A stretch of 64,000 nt of DNA from Escherichia virus TH22. Location of the stretch: the sequence record MT446396.1. One strand, given 5' to 3'. The translations under genes were made by a program, and so were the position numbers. The notes beneath the pieces were generated by a model. That model was given only the letters and a program-made list of their open reading frames with translations. It was not told where the DNA came from and did not search any database. Below, piece by piece: positions 55,735 to 64,000 of the stretch (the first letter of the stretch is position 1; each line of letters begins with the position of its first letter).

Positions 55735-56486
55735 TGAAACCAGAATTTATTGACTTTGATGTTGTAAGTATGTATGTTCGCCCAATTAAACCATTAAAAC
55801 TTGAGAAACAAAATATGACTATTGAAATTAACAAAACTTATCATCTGGTTAAACCTATTACTCAAAACGCAGCTATGATTTCTGGGTATAATACTCTGGC
55901 TGATGCTTTAGGTGAAGGTGAATTTATTGTTGAAACTTTTGTAAAAAGTAACTGGTTTTATAACGCATATATTCTGCATGCACGTCGCCTTGATACTAAT
56001 GAAGTAGAAAAAATTATTGTTTATGAAGCTGAGATTGAGCTCTTCAAGGAAGTTGAAGAAACTCCTATCAAAGTTGGCAAAATCTATCAACTTGTTGGAT
56101 ATGGTGATTTTGATAATACTAATGCATTGAATGCCGGTTGGCGCGTACTGAAAGGTATTTTTGGATTTGCTCCATTTACCGTTAAAACAGTTAAGTACCA
56201 CAATCACCAAAGCATCTTTGAATTTACTGCGGTCAATGAATCAGGTGACAATCTTGAAGCTATCCTTTATCCGCGTGAATCTGTACTGCTGGAAGAAGTT
56301 AGCGAACTGGGTGACCCTATTGACTTGTTATGTAAACCAGTTCAAATCAAACGCCCATTTAACAGTTCCATTTGTGGTTGGGTAACAGACCAGTGGATTG
56401 AAGATGGCGTTGAACTCCTGAACGTTGTTCATGCTGGTGAATTTACTGTTGTTCCACGTTCCATGGTTGTTGAAATTTTTAATTAA
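55734..56486 (+). CDS. hypothetical protein (paralog of 56565..57056)
   Basis: C-terminal GWVTDQWIEDGVELLNVVHAGEFTVVP shared with next gene. Confidence 0.45.
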   Translation: MKPEFIDFDVVSMYVRPIKPLKLEKQNMTIEINKTYHLVKPITQNAAMISGYNTLADALGEGEFIVETFVKSNWFYNAYILHARRLDTNEVEKIIVYEAEIELFKEVEETPIKVGKIYQLVGYGDFDNTNALNAGWRVLKGIFGFAPFTVKTVKYHNHQSIFEFTAVNESGDNLEAILYPRESVLLEEVSELGDPIDLLCKPVQIKRPFNSSICGWVTDQWIEDGVELLNVVHAGEFTVVPRSMVVEIFN

Positions 56487-56492
56487 ATTTAA

Positions 56493-56564
56493 GTGTACAA
56501 ACTCTTGGGGTCAGAGTATAATGACCCCACTGGAGAATAAACTTATTAACCAAGAGAGAAAATT
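56493..56564 (+). promoter_or_regulatory. early promoter with -10 inside perfect inverted repeat
   Basis: GTGTACAA -35; GGGGTCA-GAGTATAA-TGACCCC. Confidence 0.5.
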
Positions 56565-57056
56565 ATGAAAGTTGAAGCTGGTGATATTGTACGTGTTTCT
56601 AAAGAATCTCGTTCTAAAGCTGCTGGTCGTTTTGTTGAGGTTGTGGGTCTTCGCACTAATTTAGTAGGTGGAATTAAAGAAGTTAAAGTGCGTATTATTC
56701 CTAAAAATGGTCAGACTGAAACTCAATTGGCTTATGTGCATCCTAAATTCCTGGAATCAACCGAATTTACTGGGTACATCGCTCCTGTGACCGAAGAAGT
56801 TGAAACCATTGACCAGTCTCATGTTGGGGTTGATTTTAAATGGAAATTGGGCAAAGGTGTCTTTTTTGTTTCACCTAAACCGTTTGAATATGTTGACGAA
56901 CCTTTTGGTACTTATGAAACCACTAGCATGTCTGGTTACATCACAGACCAGTGGGTTGAAGAAGGCGTTAAGCTCTATAACATTGTGTTCCTTGGAACCT
57001 TTAAGGTGGTTCCTGAAAGCTTTATCGTTGAGTATGCTGATATTCATCGTGCCTAA
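56565..57056 (+). CDS. hypothetical protein (paralog of 55734..56486)
   Basis: C-terminal GYITDQWVEEGVKLYNIVFLGTFKVVP. Confidence 0.45.
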   Translation: MKVEAGDIVRVSKESRSKAAGRFVEVVGLRTNLVGGIKEVKVRIIPKNGQTETQLAYVHPKFLESTEFTGYIAPVTEEVETIDQSHVGVDFKWKLGKGVFFVSPKPFEYVDEPFGTYETTSMSGYITDQWVEEGVKLYNIVFLGTFKVVPESFIVEYADIHRA

Positions 57057-57104
57057 ATTATAAAAATGATAGGGTAATTTTGCCCTATCAATGAGGAGAA
57101 TATT

Positions 57105-57329
57105 ATGTTTAATGAAGATTGTGTGACCACTTCCCTGACCGCTGAAGAGTTTTGGGACACTGCTGAAAGTGATAAAGTGATTGTGAAGAAAAACATCAAT
57201 GAATTTCTTTGCACCACTGATATCATTTATGTGTATGCAGACAAAGACGCAGAATTACCTAGCTATGCGCTGTTCCGCGAAGAATCAGAAGATGGTACAG
57301 ATTTTTGGAAGGAGATTTATAATGTCTAA
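57105..57329 (+). CDS. hypothetical acidic protein
   Basis: Promoter in inverted repeat and leader upstream. Confidence 0.4.
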   Translation: MFNEDCVTTSLTAEEFWDTAESDKVIVKKNINEFLCTTDIIYVYADKDAELPSYALFREESEDGTDFWKEIYNV

Positions 57330-57693
57330 ATTTGAAACTGATAAGTGGTATTATTTTAAAGATAATGTTGCTGAAAGCAGATTCCGTTTGTTATGCACAG
57401 ATAATGATAATATAGCCAATGCTATAATCAATGGCGAGGGATTTAGACCAGTCAGAATTGAAGATGGTGATGTGTATAAAATGGAATTATCAACTGGTGA
57501 ATTTGTGAGTCTATTCATAAAGGAAGACGAATTCCGTTTCTTTGAAGAAGAAAAAGATGACGATACTGAAGATGAATGCGAAGACGCAGCTACATCTGAA
57601 CCAAGCGAATTCCCTTTGACTAAAATCACCATTTCTAATAACTCTGAAGCCTGGACCGTTTACCAGATGTTGAAAGCACACTTTAAGGAATAA
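57322..57693 (+). CDS. hypothetical acidic protein
   Basis: ATG 57322 with SD AAGGAGA. Confidence 0.4.
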   Translation: MSKFETDKWYYFKDNVAESRFRLLCTDNDNIANAIINGEGFRPVRIEDGDVYKMELSTGEFVSLFIKEDEFRFFEEEKDDDTEDECEDAATSEPSEFPLTKITISNNSEAWTVYQMLKAHFKE

Positions 57694-57694
57694 C

Positions 57695-57871
57695 ATGCCA
57701 CTTTATGATTACAAATGCCAATCTGATGACTGCGCGAAAGAATACGAAAAAATCAAGAAAATCTCTGAAAGAGATAATGATGTTTGTCCTGATTGTCATC
57801 GGCTGGCTGTTCGGTTAGTCTCGGCTCCCAAACATGTTAATGGCGGTTTTTACGACCTGCTGACTAAGTGA
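57695..57871 (+). CDS. FmdB-like zinc-ribbon protein
   Basis: 58 aa; MPLYDYKCQSDDC...CPDCH zinc-ribbon pattern. Confidence 0.45.
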   Translation: MPLYDYKCQSDDCAKEYEKIKKISERDNDVCPDCHRLAVRLVSAPKHVNGGFYDLLTK

Positions 57872-57877
57872 GAAATT

Positions 57878-58138
57878 ATGAAATACATTAATCGTTCTAT
57901 TGCTGCGCTGGTTCTGGCAGTTTCATTAGCTGGTTGTACTGATGCAGATAACGCCATTCGTGTATTAGATGCAAACGGCTATGAGCAAATCCAAATCACC
58001 GGATATAATTGGTTCTCTTGTGGTAAAGATGATTTCCAACACACAGGCTTTACGGCCGTGGGTCCAACTGGTAAGAAAGTTGAAGGAACTGTTTGTTCTG
58101 GTTTGTTGTTCAAGAATTCAACCATCCGATTTGAATGA
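57878..58138 (+). CDS. putative lipoprotein
   Basis: Signal peptide with lipobox LAGC. Confidence 0.45.
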   Translation: MKYINRSIAALVLAVSLAGCTDADNAIRVLDANGYEQIQITGYNWFSCGKDDFQHTGFTAVGPTGKKVEGTVCSGLLFKNSTIRFE

Positions 58139-58145
58139 GGATATT

Positions 58146-58550
58146 ATGTTTAAAATTGGAAAGAGTTATTGCATTAAAGATTTAGATGGCTTCCTTAAAC
58201 ATGTCGGTATGCCCGGTTGCATTTTGAACCAGCAAGGAACCTCTATTATTGATTTGATTACTACCAAAGAGTTTTCAGTCACCAAGATGGAAGCAAATGT
58301 TGTGACGGAATTTAGTACTATCGATGGAACTGGATTTTCTTTCCATAGTCGTAATGGAACCGGTCTTATTTTTGGTGATGAATTTAAATATTTTGAAGAA
58401 GCTCCGGTAAAGGAATGTGATTCTGAAATAACCGAACAGGAATCAAAAGAGGATATCGTTGTTACCGGTGGCGATGTTATTATTACGGTTAAAACTGAAG
58501 CCGGTCGCCTACAAGCTATTAAAATGTTAGAGCAGCTTCGATTCAAATAA
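58146..58550 (+). CDS. hypothetical protein
   Basis: ORF followed by UUCG terminator. Confidence 0.45.
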   Translation: MFKIGKSYCIKDLDGFLKHVGMPGCILNQQGTSIIDLITTKEFSVTKMEANVVTEFSTIDGTGFSFHSRNGTGLIFGDEFKYFEEAPVKECDSEITEQESKEDIVVTGGDVIITVKTEAGRLQAIKMLEQLRFK

Positions 58551-58572
58551 AAGGCCTTCGGGCCTTTTTGCT
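58550..58572 (+). terminator. rho-independent terminator upstream of gene 39
   Basis: AAGGCC-TTCG-GGCCTT then TTTGC. Confidence 0.65.
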
Positions 58573-58615
58573 TTAAAATATGTGACTTATAATACCTCCA
58601 TACACAAGAGGAAAG

Positions 58616-60448
58616 ATGATGATTAATAATGAAATTAAAGTACTCTCGGACGTCGAGCATATCAAAAAACGTTCCGGGATGTATATTGGTTCCAGTTCAA
58701 ATGAAGCGCATGAGCGATTCTTGTTTGGTGAATATAAGTCCGTAAGCTATGTTCCTGGTATTGTAAAACTGATTGATGAAATTATTGATAACTCTGTTGA
58801 TGAAGCAATTCGCACCAGTTTTAAATTTGCCAATAAAATTGATGTTCAAATTAAAGACAATCAGATTTCGGTTTCTGATAATGGCCGTGGTATTCCACAA
58901 GCAATGGTTACAGACCAAAACGGTGAACAAATCCCTGGCCCTGTTGCAGCATGGACTATTCCAAAAGCAGGTGGCAACTTCGGTGATGATGCTGAACGTA
59001 AAACTGGCGGGATGAATGGCGTCGGGTCTTCTCTGACCAATATTTTCTCTGTATTGTTCACCGGGATTACCGCTGATGGTGCAAATGAAATCACCGTTAA
59101 CTGCTCCAATGGTATGGAAAACAAAGGTTGGTCTACCAAGAAATCTAAGGGTAAAGGTACAACTGTTATTTTTGTTCCGGACTTCAGTCACTTTGAAGAA
59201 AATAGTCTGTCCCAGATTTATCTGGATATTACATTGGACCGTCTGCAGACTCTTGCGGTTGTTTATCCGGATATTCAGTTTACCTTTAATGGTAAAAAGG
59301 TTGATGGCAATTTCAAGAAGTTCGCCAAGCAATTCGGAACCGAAGTTGTTATCCAGGAAACTGATACAGTATCGATGGCCTTTACGACTAGCCCGGATGG
59401 TTTCCGCCAGTTGACTTATGTCAACAACATTCATACAAAGAATGGTGGGCACCACGTTGAATGTGTTATGGATGATATCTGTGAACATCTTCAGCCAGCC
59501 ATTAAACGCAAATATAAAGGCATTGAGGTGACAAAGGCACGAGTTAAAGAATGCCTCACCATGCTTATGTTCATCCGCGATATGAGCAACATGCGATTTG
59601 ATTCCCAGACTAAGGAGCGATTGACTTCTCCGGCTGGTGAAATTCGAAATCACATTAAGATTGATGCCAAGAAAATCGCACAAGCTATTCTGAAAAATGA
59701 ACCGCTGATTATGCCGATTGTTGAAGCTGCATTAGCCCGTAAATTGGCTGCAGAGAAAGCAGCAGAGACCAAGGCGAATAAGAAAGCTTCAAAGGCCAAG
59801 GTGCAAAAGCATATCAAGGCTAACGAATGGGGCAATGATAAGCTGGAAACGACTCTGTTCCTGACCGAAGGTGATTCTGCAACCGGTCCATTTATCAAGG
59901 TCCGCGACCGTGAATTACAAGGTGCTTATCCGTTACGTGGTAAGTTCAAAAACACATGGGGTCTGAAAGCTGTTGACGTTATGAAGAACGCCGAAGCCTT
60001 TGATGTTTGTGCGATTACTGGTTTAACGATTGGACAACCGGCCGAGAATATGAATTACCGAAACATTGCTATCATGACAGATGCGGATGTGGATGGTGTT
60101 GGTAGTATCTATCCATCGTTATTGGCGTTTTTCAGTAACTGGCCGGAGCTGTTCCATGAAGGGCGAATTCGCTTTGTGAAAACTCCTGTTATTATTGCGC
60201 AGCTCAAAGATAAACAAGAATGGTTTTATTCTCTTCCTGATTATGAAGAAGCTAAGGATAAACTTCCGAAGCATACTATCAGATATATAAAGGGACTTGG
60301 TTCTCTGGAAGATGCCGAGTACAAACGCGTATTGCTCGAACCGGTATTCGAAGTTGTTCAATTGCCCGACAACTGGAAAGAACTGTTCGAAATGCTCTTC
60401 GGTAAAGATTCCCAGCAGCGTAAAGATTGGATGAATGCAACACTATAA
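58616..60448 (+). CDS. 39: DNA topoisomerase II large subunit, fused gp39+gp60 form
   Basis: 610 aa; GHKL ATPase N-terminus and Toprim region in one uninterrupted ORF. Confidence 0.95.
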   Translation: MMINNEIKVLSDVEHIKKRSGMYIGSSSNEAHERFLFGEYKSVSYVPGIVKLIDEIIDNSVDEAIRTSFKFANKIDVQIKDNQISVSDNGRGIPQAMVTDQNGEQIPGPVAAWTIPKAGGNFGDDAERKTGGMNGVGSSLTNIFSVLFTGITADGANEITVNCSNGMENKGWSTKKSKGKGTTVIFVPDFSHFEENSLSQIYLDITLDRLQTLAVVYPDIQFTFNGKKVDGNFKKFAKQFGTEVVIQETDTVSMAFTTSPDGFRQLTYVNNIHTKNGGHHVECVMDDICEHLQPAIKRKYKGIEVTKARVKECLTMLMFIRDMSNMRFDSQTKERLTSPAGEIRNHIKIDAKKIAQAILKNEPLIMPIVEAALARKLAAEKAAETKANKKASKAKVQKHIKANEWGNDKLETTLFLTEGDSATGPFIKVRDRELQGAYPLRGKFKNTWGLKAVDVMKNAEAFDVCAITGLTIGQPAENMNYRNIAIMTDADVDGVGSIYPSLLAFFSNWPELFHEGRIRFVKTPVIIAQLKDKQEWFYSLPDYEEAKDKLPKHTIRYIKGLGSLEDAEYKRVLLEPVFEVVQLPDNWKELFEMLFGKDSQQRKDWMNATL

Positions 60449-60451
60449 ATA
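60444..60451 (+). promoter_or_regulatory. late promoter TATAAATA overlapping stop of gene 39
   Basis: Exact TATAAATA, followed by 16-bp palindrome. Confidence 0.45.
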
Positions 60452-60490
60452 GATGTGGGAGAATATTCTCCCGTCTTATAGGAGAAGTCC

Positions 60491-60643
60491 ATGAAAAAGT
60501 GGTGGGTTACGTTGTCAAATGGCGAATACGGTTATCTGTGGGCCGAGACTAAACCTCTGTTTGCATCCTTTGTCACCATTATGTGCGAGACCTGGGATGG
60601 TGAATACTATACCGCATATGGGCAAGTCTATAAAGTTGAGTAG
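60491..60643 (+). CDS. hypothetical small protein
   Basis: 50-aa ORF; TATAAATA at 60444, palindrome GGGAGAATATTCTCCC, SD and terminator. Confidence 0.35.
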   Translation: MKKWWVTLSNGEYGYLWAETKPLFASFVTIMCETWDGEYYTAYGQVYKVE

Positions 60644-60645
60644 CC

Positions 60646-60670
60646 AAAAGGACCTTCGGGTCCTTTTTTA
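60646..60670 (+). terminator. rho-independent terminator
   Basis: AAAGGACC-TTCG-GGTCCTTT then TTTATT. Confidence 0.7.
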
Positions 60671-60719
60671 TTATGTACAAGCCACAAAAATTGTGTTAAG
60701 ATATCCTTGAGGTGAACAT

Positions 60720-61004
60720 ATGATTATGTCTGACGGAAGTTTAGTTAATCTGCAGAATGTTGCACGTTGTATTATGGAAGCTGGTCTGAGGAAGGTACAG
60801 GAACTCCCAGATAGCGACAGGAAGCGAAGTTACTTGTTGGCTGTAAGAACAGCAGCCATGAGCATTAAGGCTGGTCAGAAGGTCCCTGAGGAGCGAATTG
60901 AAGCACTCCTTGCATTGATATACCATGGCCAAGAACATAAAGCTACCATGCGTAGTATGAGAAAAATATTGCAGGAGATTGGAAATGACAAACTTCAAAG
61001 TTAA
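60720..61004 (+). CDS. hypothetical protein
   Basis: Promoter-like sequence and SD upstream. Confidence 0.4.
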   Translation: MIMSDGSLVNLQNVARCIMEAGLRKVQELPDSDRKRSYLLAVRTAAMSIKAGQKVPEERIEALLALIYHGQEHKATMRSMRKILQEIGNDKLQS

Positions 61005-61188
61005 TATGGAACTGTTTGATAAAGCTGTCCATAAAGAATACCGTGTTATCCAACGATTTTTTGATATAAGAGAAGCTGAAGAGTTTAAAGAACGCTTCAA
61101 AGAAATCCGTATTAAAATAGCTTCAGACACCGCAACAAAGGATGAACTTCTTGAAGTTGCAGAATTAATCAAACGTAACATAAAGTGA
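60985..61188 (+). CDS. hypothetical protein
   Basis: ATG 60985 with SD AGGAGA. Confidence 0.4.
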   Translation: MTNFKVNMELFDKAVHKEYRVIQRFFDIREAEEFKERFKEIRIKIASDTATKDELLEVAELIKRNIK

Positions 61189-61195
61189 GAAAAAC

Positions 61196-63430
61196 ATGAT
61201 TTTAGAAACTGAAAAGGAAACAATCCTTGGTAATGGTGCCAAGGCATCAGCATTCACAATCCAGGCATCTCCAAAGGTGTTTAAGATTCTGACCAGTGAC
61301 CTTTATACAAATAAGGTGCGCGCGGTTGTTCGTGAGCTGATTACCAATATGATTGATGCTCATATGCTCAATGGTTGTCAGGATAAATTCATTGTTCAAG
61401 CTCCTGGTGAACTGGACCCACGCTTTGTGTGTCGTGACTTTGGTCCAGGTATGAGTGATTTCCAGATTCGTGGTGATGAAAACACTCCAGGTCTGTATAA
61501 CAGTTTCTTTGCATCATCCAAGGCCGAATCTAATGATTTTATTGGTGGCTTTGGTTTGGGCTCTAAATCTCCGTTCAGTTATACAGAGACGTTTAGCCTG
61601 ATTTCGTATCATGATGGTCAAGTTAATGGTTATGTCGCTTATATGGACGGCGATGGTCCACAGATTAAGCCAACCTTTAGCGAACCAATGAAACCTGGCG
61701 ACCGCACAGGGATTGAAGTTGTTGTCCCGGTTGATAGTAATGATTTTGGTAAGTTCCGCCACGAGATTGCATATATCATGCGCCCATTTGCTGGACTGGC
61801 TGAAGTACAAGGCGTAGGCGAAATTAATTATTTCCCGGAATTTGATGATTATTATGCTCCAGAGCGTATTAATTATAGCAGTCCAGAACGTTATGGGCTT
61901 TATGCAATTTACGGTGGAATTGTTTATCCAATTGCTGACGGTTATACAAAGAAAACCTGGATGACTGCCAAAAATGATGTTGTCTTTATTAAGTTCCCGA
62001 TGGGTTCGTTGGATATTGCACCTTCTCGCGAAGCATTATCACTGGACAAACGTACTGTAGCAAATATCGTTGAACGTATTGAATCGCTTGATAAGAAGGT
62101 CATGGAAGATGATTGTAAGAAATGGCAGGAAACAGAATGTATCCGCCATACGTATCGCGAATTGCAGAGTCTGAGTTATGAAGCTCGTAATTTTCTGAAA
62201 GCTCGTAATGCTGAAACGAAATTTACGAAATCGCAATTGACCTTTAACCAGATGTACGAAATGTTCGAGCTGGATAAAGACCTTATTAATGCCGGGGTTG
62301 TCTATGATATCTATAGCACTACCCGTCTGAAACGTCTGCGCAACTCAAGCTCGAACACGAATACTGCAAGTCTGACGAGCATGTTTGGTATTCAGAATAA
62401 TACCTTGAACATTGTTATTGACGATGCTAAAGGGCGAATTGCGATGATTCGTGGTATCAGTTCAATGCTATATGACACCAGCGCGAAAGCCAAAAAGCTC
62501 AAAGCATCTGGTAAAGTCCCGACTGTACAAGGTAGTAGTCTATTGTTCGTTGACCCAACCAGCGAAATTCAAACATGTCTGATGGTTCAACTTCAAGAAC
62601 GATTTAAAGGCGATACAGTTAATATCTATCGTACGTCTGAACTGACCGCCCTTGTAAAAGACTGGATTCCGGTTGCTGACCCGAAAGCGCGCGTTAAGTC
62701 AAAGACTCCATCATTGATTCGTTGGACTAAAACTAATGGCAAATGGCAGTCTGTTGAAGAATTTACATGTGCAGCTGATGCAGAGGAAATCGATGGTTAT
62801 GCTGTATTCATTAACCGCAGTAGCATTTCCCCGTTGAATCAAGAATATGGCACCACGACCTTCGGGACCCAGACATTGTGTAAACTGGCAAACCTGTTGG
62901 AAATCAATGAATTCTGTGTTATTCGTCCACAGCTTCAGAAAAAGATTACCAAGCTGGCGCAGTGTGATTGTCTGATTGAAGCTGCAGTCAATCGTTATGT
63001 GGAATTGATTGATGCGGTTGATGCGGACCAGTACATTGCCGCTTCAAGCCGTTCACGTTATTATATTCCTATCCTGTCTGAATATGCAGAACTGAATTTT
63101 ATGTTCAAGTATTTTTATGCAAAAGATGTTCAGAAAGATGTGAATACTGACTATGCCGAACTAATGCAGTTCAATAAGTTCTTTGCTTATAACGCATATA
63201 ACAGTGGAACAGTTGATAAGACCATGCAGGAAACTCTGGTCCTTTGTAATAAGATTTATGACGACCTGACCAAAAACGCTTCGGTAACAAGCGATAAAAT
63301 GGTTTTTGAATTTGAAAAGAATCACCCGATTGTTTCACACTTTTTATATAACCGTAACGCCATGTCAACTGAACAAGTACAGAACGTTGCTCAAATCATG
63401 AAGGCCGTGGAAGCGGCCAATAAGGAATAA
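61196..63430 (+). CDS. rIIA: rIIA protein (membrane-associated, GHKL ATPase-like)
   Basis: 744 aa; TEKETILGNG...FKILTSDLYTN...RAVVRELITNMIDAH...DFIGGFGLGSKSPFSYT...YVAYMDGDGPQIKPTF matches T4 rIIA. Confidence 0.95.
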   Translation: MILETEKETILGNGAKASAFTIQASPKVFKILTSDLYTNKVRAVVRELITNMIDAHMLNGCQDKFIVQAPGELDPRFVCRDFGPGMSDFQIRGDENTPGLYNSFFASSKAESNDFIGGFGLGSKSPFSYTETFSLISYHDGQVNGYVAYMDGDGPQIKPTFSEPMKPGDRTGIEVVVPVDSNDFGKFRHEIAYIMRPFAGLAEVQGVGEINYFPEFDDYYAPERINYSSPERYGLYAIYGGIVYPIADGYTKKTWMTAKNDVVFIKFPMGSLDIAPSREALSLDKRTVANIVERIESLDKKVMEDDCKKWQETECIRHTYRELQSLSYEARNFLKARNAETKFTKSQLTFNQMYEMFELDKDLINAGVVYDIYSTTRLKRLRNSSSNTNTASLTSMFGIQNNTLNIVIDDAKGRIAMIRGISSMLYDTSAKAKKLKASGKVPTVQGSSLLFVDPTSEIQTCLMVQLQERFKGDTVNIYRTSELTALVKDWIPVADPKARVKSKTPSLIRWTKTNGKWQSVEEFTCAADAEEIDGYAVFINRSSISPLNQEYGTTTFGTQTLCKLANLLEINEFCVIRPQLQKKITKLAQCDCLIEAAVNRYVELIDAVDADQYIAASSRSRYYIPILSEYAELNFMFKYFYAKDVQKDVNTDYAELMQFNKFFAYNAYNSGTVDKTMQETLVLCNKIYDDLTKNASVTSDKMVFEFEKNHPIVSHFLYNRNAMSTEQVQNVAQIMKAVEAANKE

Positions 63431-63431
63431 T

Positions 63432-64000
63432 ATGTTTAATATCAAATGTATGTCTAAAGCCGAACAAGCTGATGTGGTCCAGATGTATTCAACGGGCAAT
63501 TATACCCAGCCTGAATTGGCAGAATATTTTGCTGTGTCCGTTGACACCATTCGCCGCGTTTTGAAAAATGATAAAGAATCAAAATTAGCTAAAACCATTT
63601 CTGCATCACTGAAAGCAGCTGTTGGTGTGGCGATTAATGCTCCGGTGACAGTAACGGTTGAAGTCCCGGTTACTGATACAATCGGCGGAAGCCGACCGGA
63701 AATCGTATGGAATGCATCAAGCAAATTCGTTTCCATCACTGAAGGCCGTACAGTCTGGAACGCAACAAAAGACCATAAACACTTTGATGATATTATTCAG
63801 GCACTCAAAGAATCTCGTTTTGACGATGCTATCGAGTTTATCTCAATCAAAGCTGCAGTACAAAAATATGTGAAAGGCGATGTGCGTATTGAAGGCGGTA
63901 GTCTGTTCTATCAGGGAATTGAACTGCGCTCTGGTCTGGTTACTCGTATCATCGATTCAATGCAAAATGGCGAAGACTTTGAATTCTATCTGCCGTTCCT
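63432..64000 (+). CDS. rIIB: rIIB protein (5' partial, runs off window end)
   Basis: NIKC..K.EQA.VV..YS.GNYTQ.ELA and RIEGGSLFYQGIELRSGLV match T4 rIIB. Confidence 0.9.
   Translation, partial: MFNIKCMSKAEQADVVQMYSTGNYTQPELAEYFAVSVDTIRRVLKNDKESKLAKTISASLKAAVGVAINAPVTVTVEVPVTDTIGGSRPEIVWNASSKFVSITEGRTVWNATKDHKHFDDIIQALKESRFDDAIEFISIKAAVQKYVKGDVRIEGGSLFYQGIELRSGLVTRIIDSMQNGEDFEFYLPF

Noticed and set aside
58697-59683. 328-aa minus-strand ORF
   Set aside because: Antisense to the gene 39 coding sequence; no independent expression signals.

Overview
This window reads as a ~64 kb segment of a T4-like (Tevenvirinae-type) myovirus genome, in the orientation opposite to the conventional T4 map. Almost all genes are on the + strand and tightly packed, often with ATGA start/stop overlaps. 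Gene calls rest on reading the six-frame translations against T4 proteins recalled from memory; no database search was run. Recognisable genes in order: nudE, e (lysozyme), denV, two internal proteins with capsid-targeting sequences, regB, tk, rI, nrdC, gene 49 (endonuclease VII), nrdD, nrdG, nrdH, 55, 47, 46, 45, 44, 62, regA, 43 (DNA polymerase), imm, uvsX, 41, dmd, sp, 61, 56, soc, two ModA/ModB-like ADP-ribosyltransferases, dda, dexA, a fused 39+60 topoisomerase subunit, rIIA and the start of rIIB. Between these lie many small accessory ORFs. Regulatory signals include sigma70-like early promoters (GTGTACA/GTTTACA -35, TATAAT -10), often inside inverted repeats and followed by a conserved leader; a MotA-box middle promoter; TATAAATA late promoters; and UUCG-tetraloop terminators. 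The most interesting candidates for undescribed biology are: a tandem array of four small paralogs with a conserved W-V-S-S-S-x-E-C C-terminus, beside His-rich and nucleotidyltransferase-like proteins; a macro-domain protein; a second nucleotidyltransferase-fold protein; a lipoprotein next to imm; and a lone minus-strand hydrophobic mini-gene. No dCMP hydroxymethylase or glucosyltransferase genes sit at their canonical T4 positions, although a gp56 dCTPase homolog is present. No tRNA, CRISPR array, intron or integrase was found.
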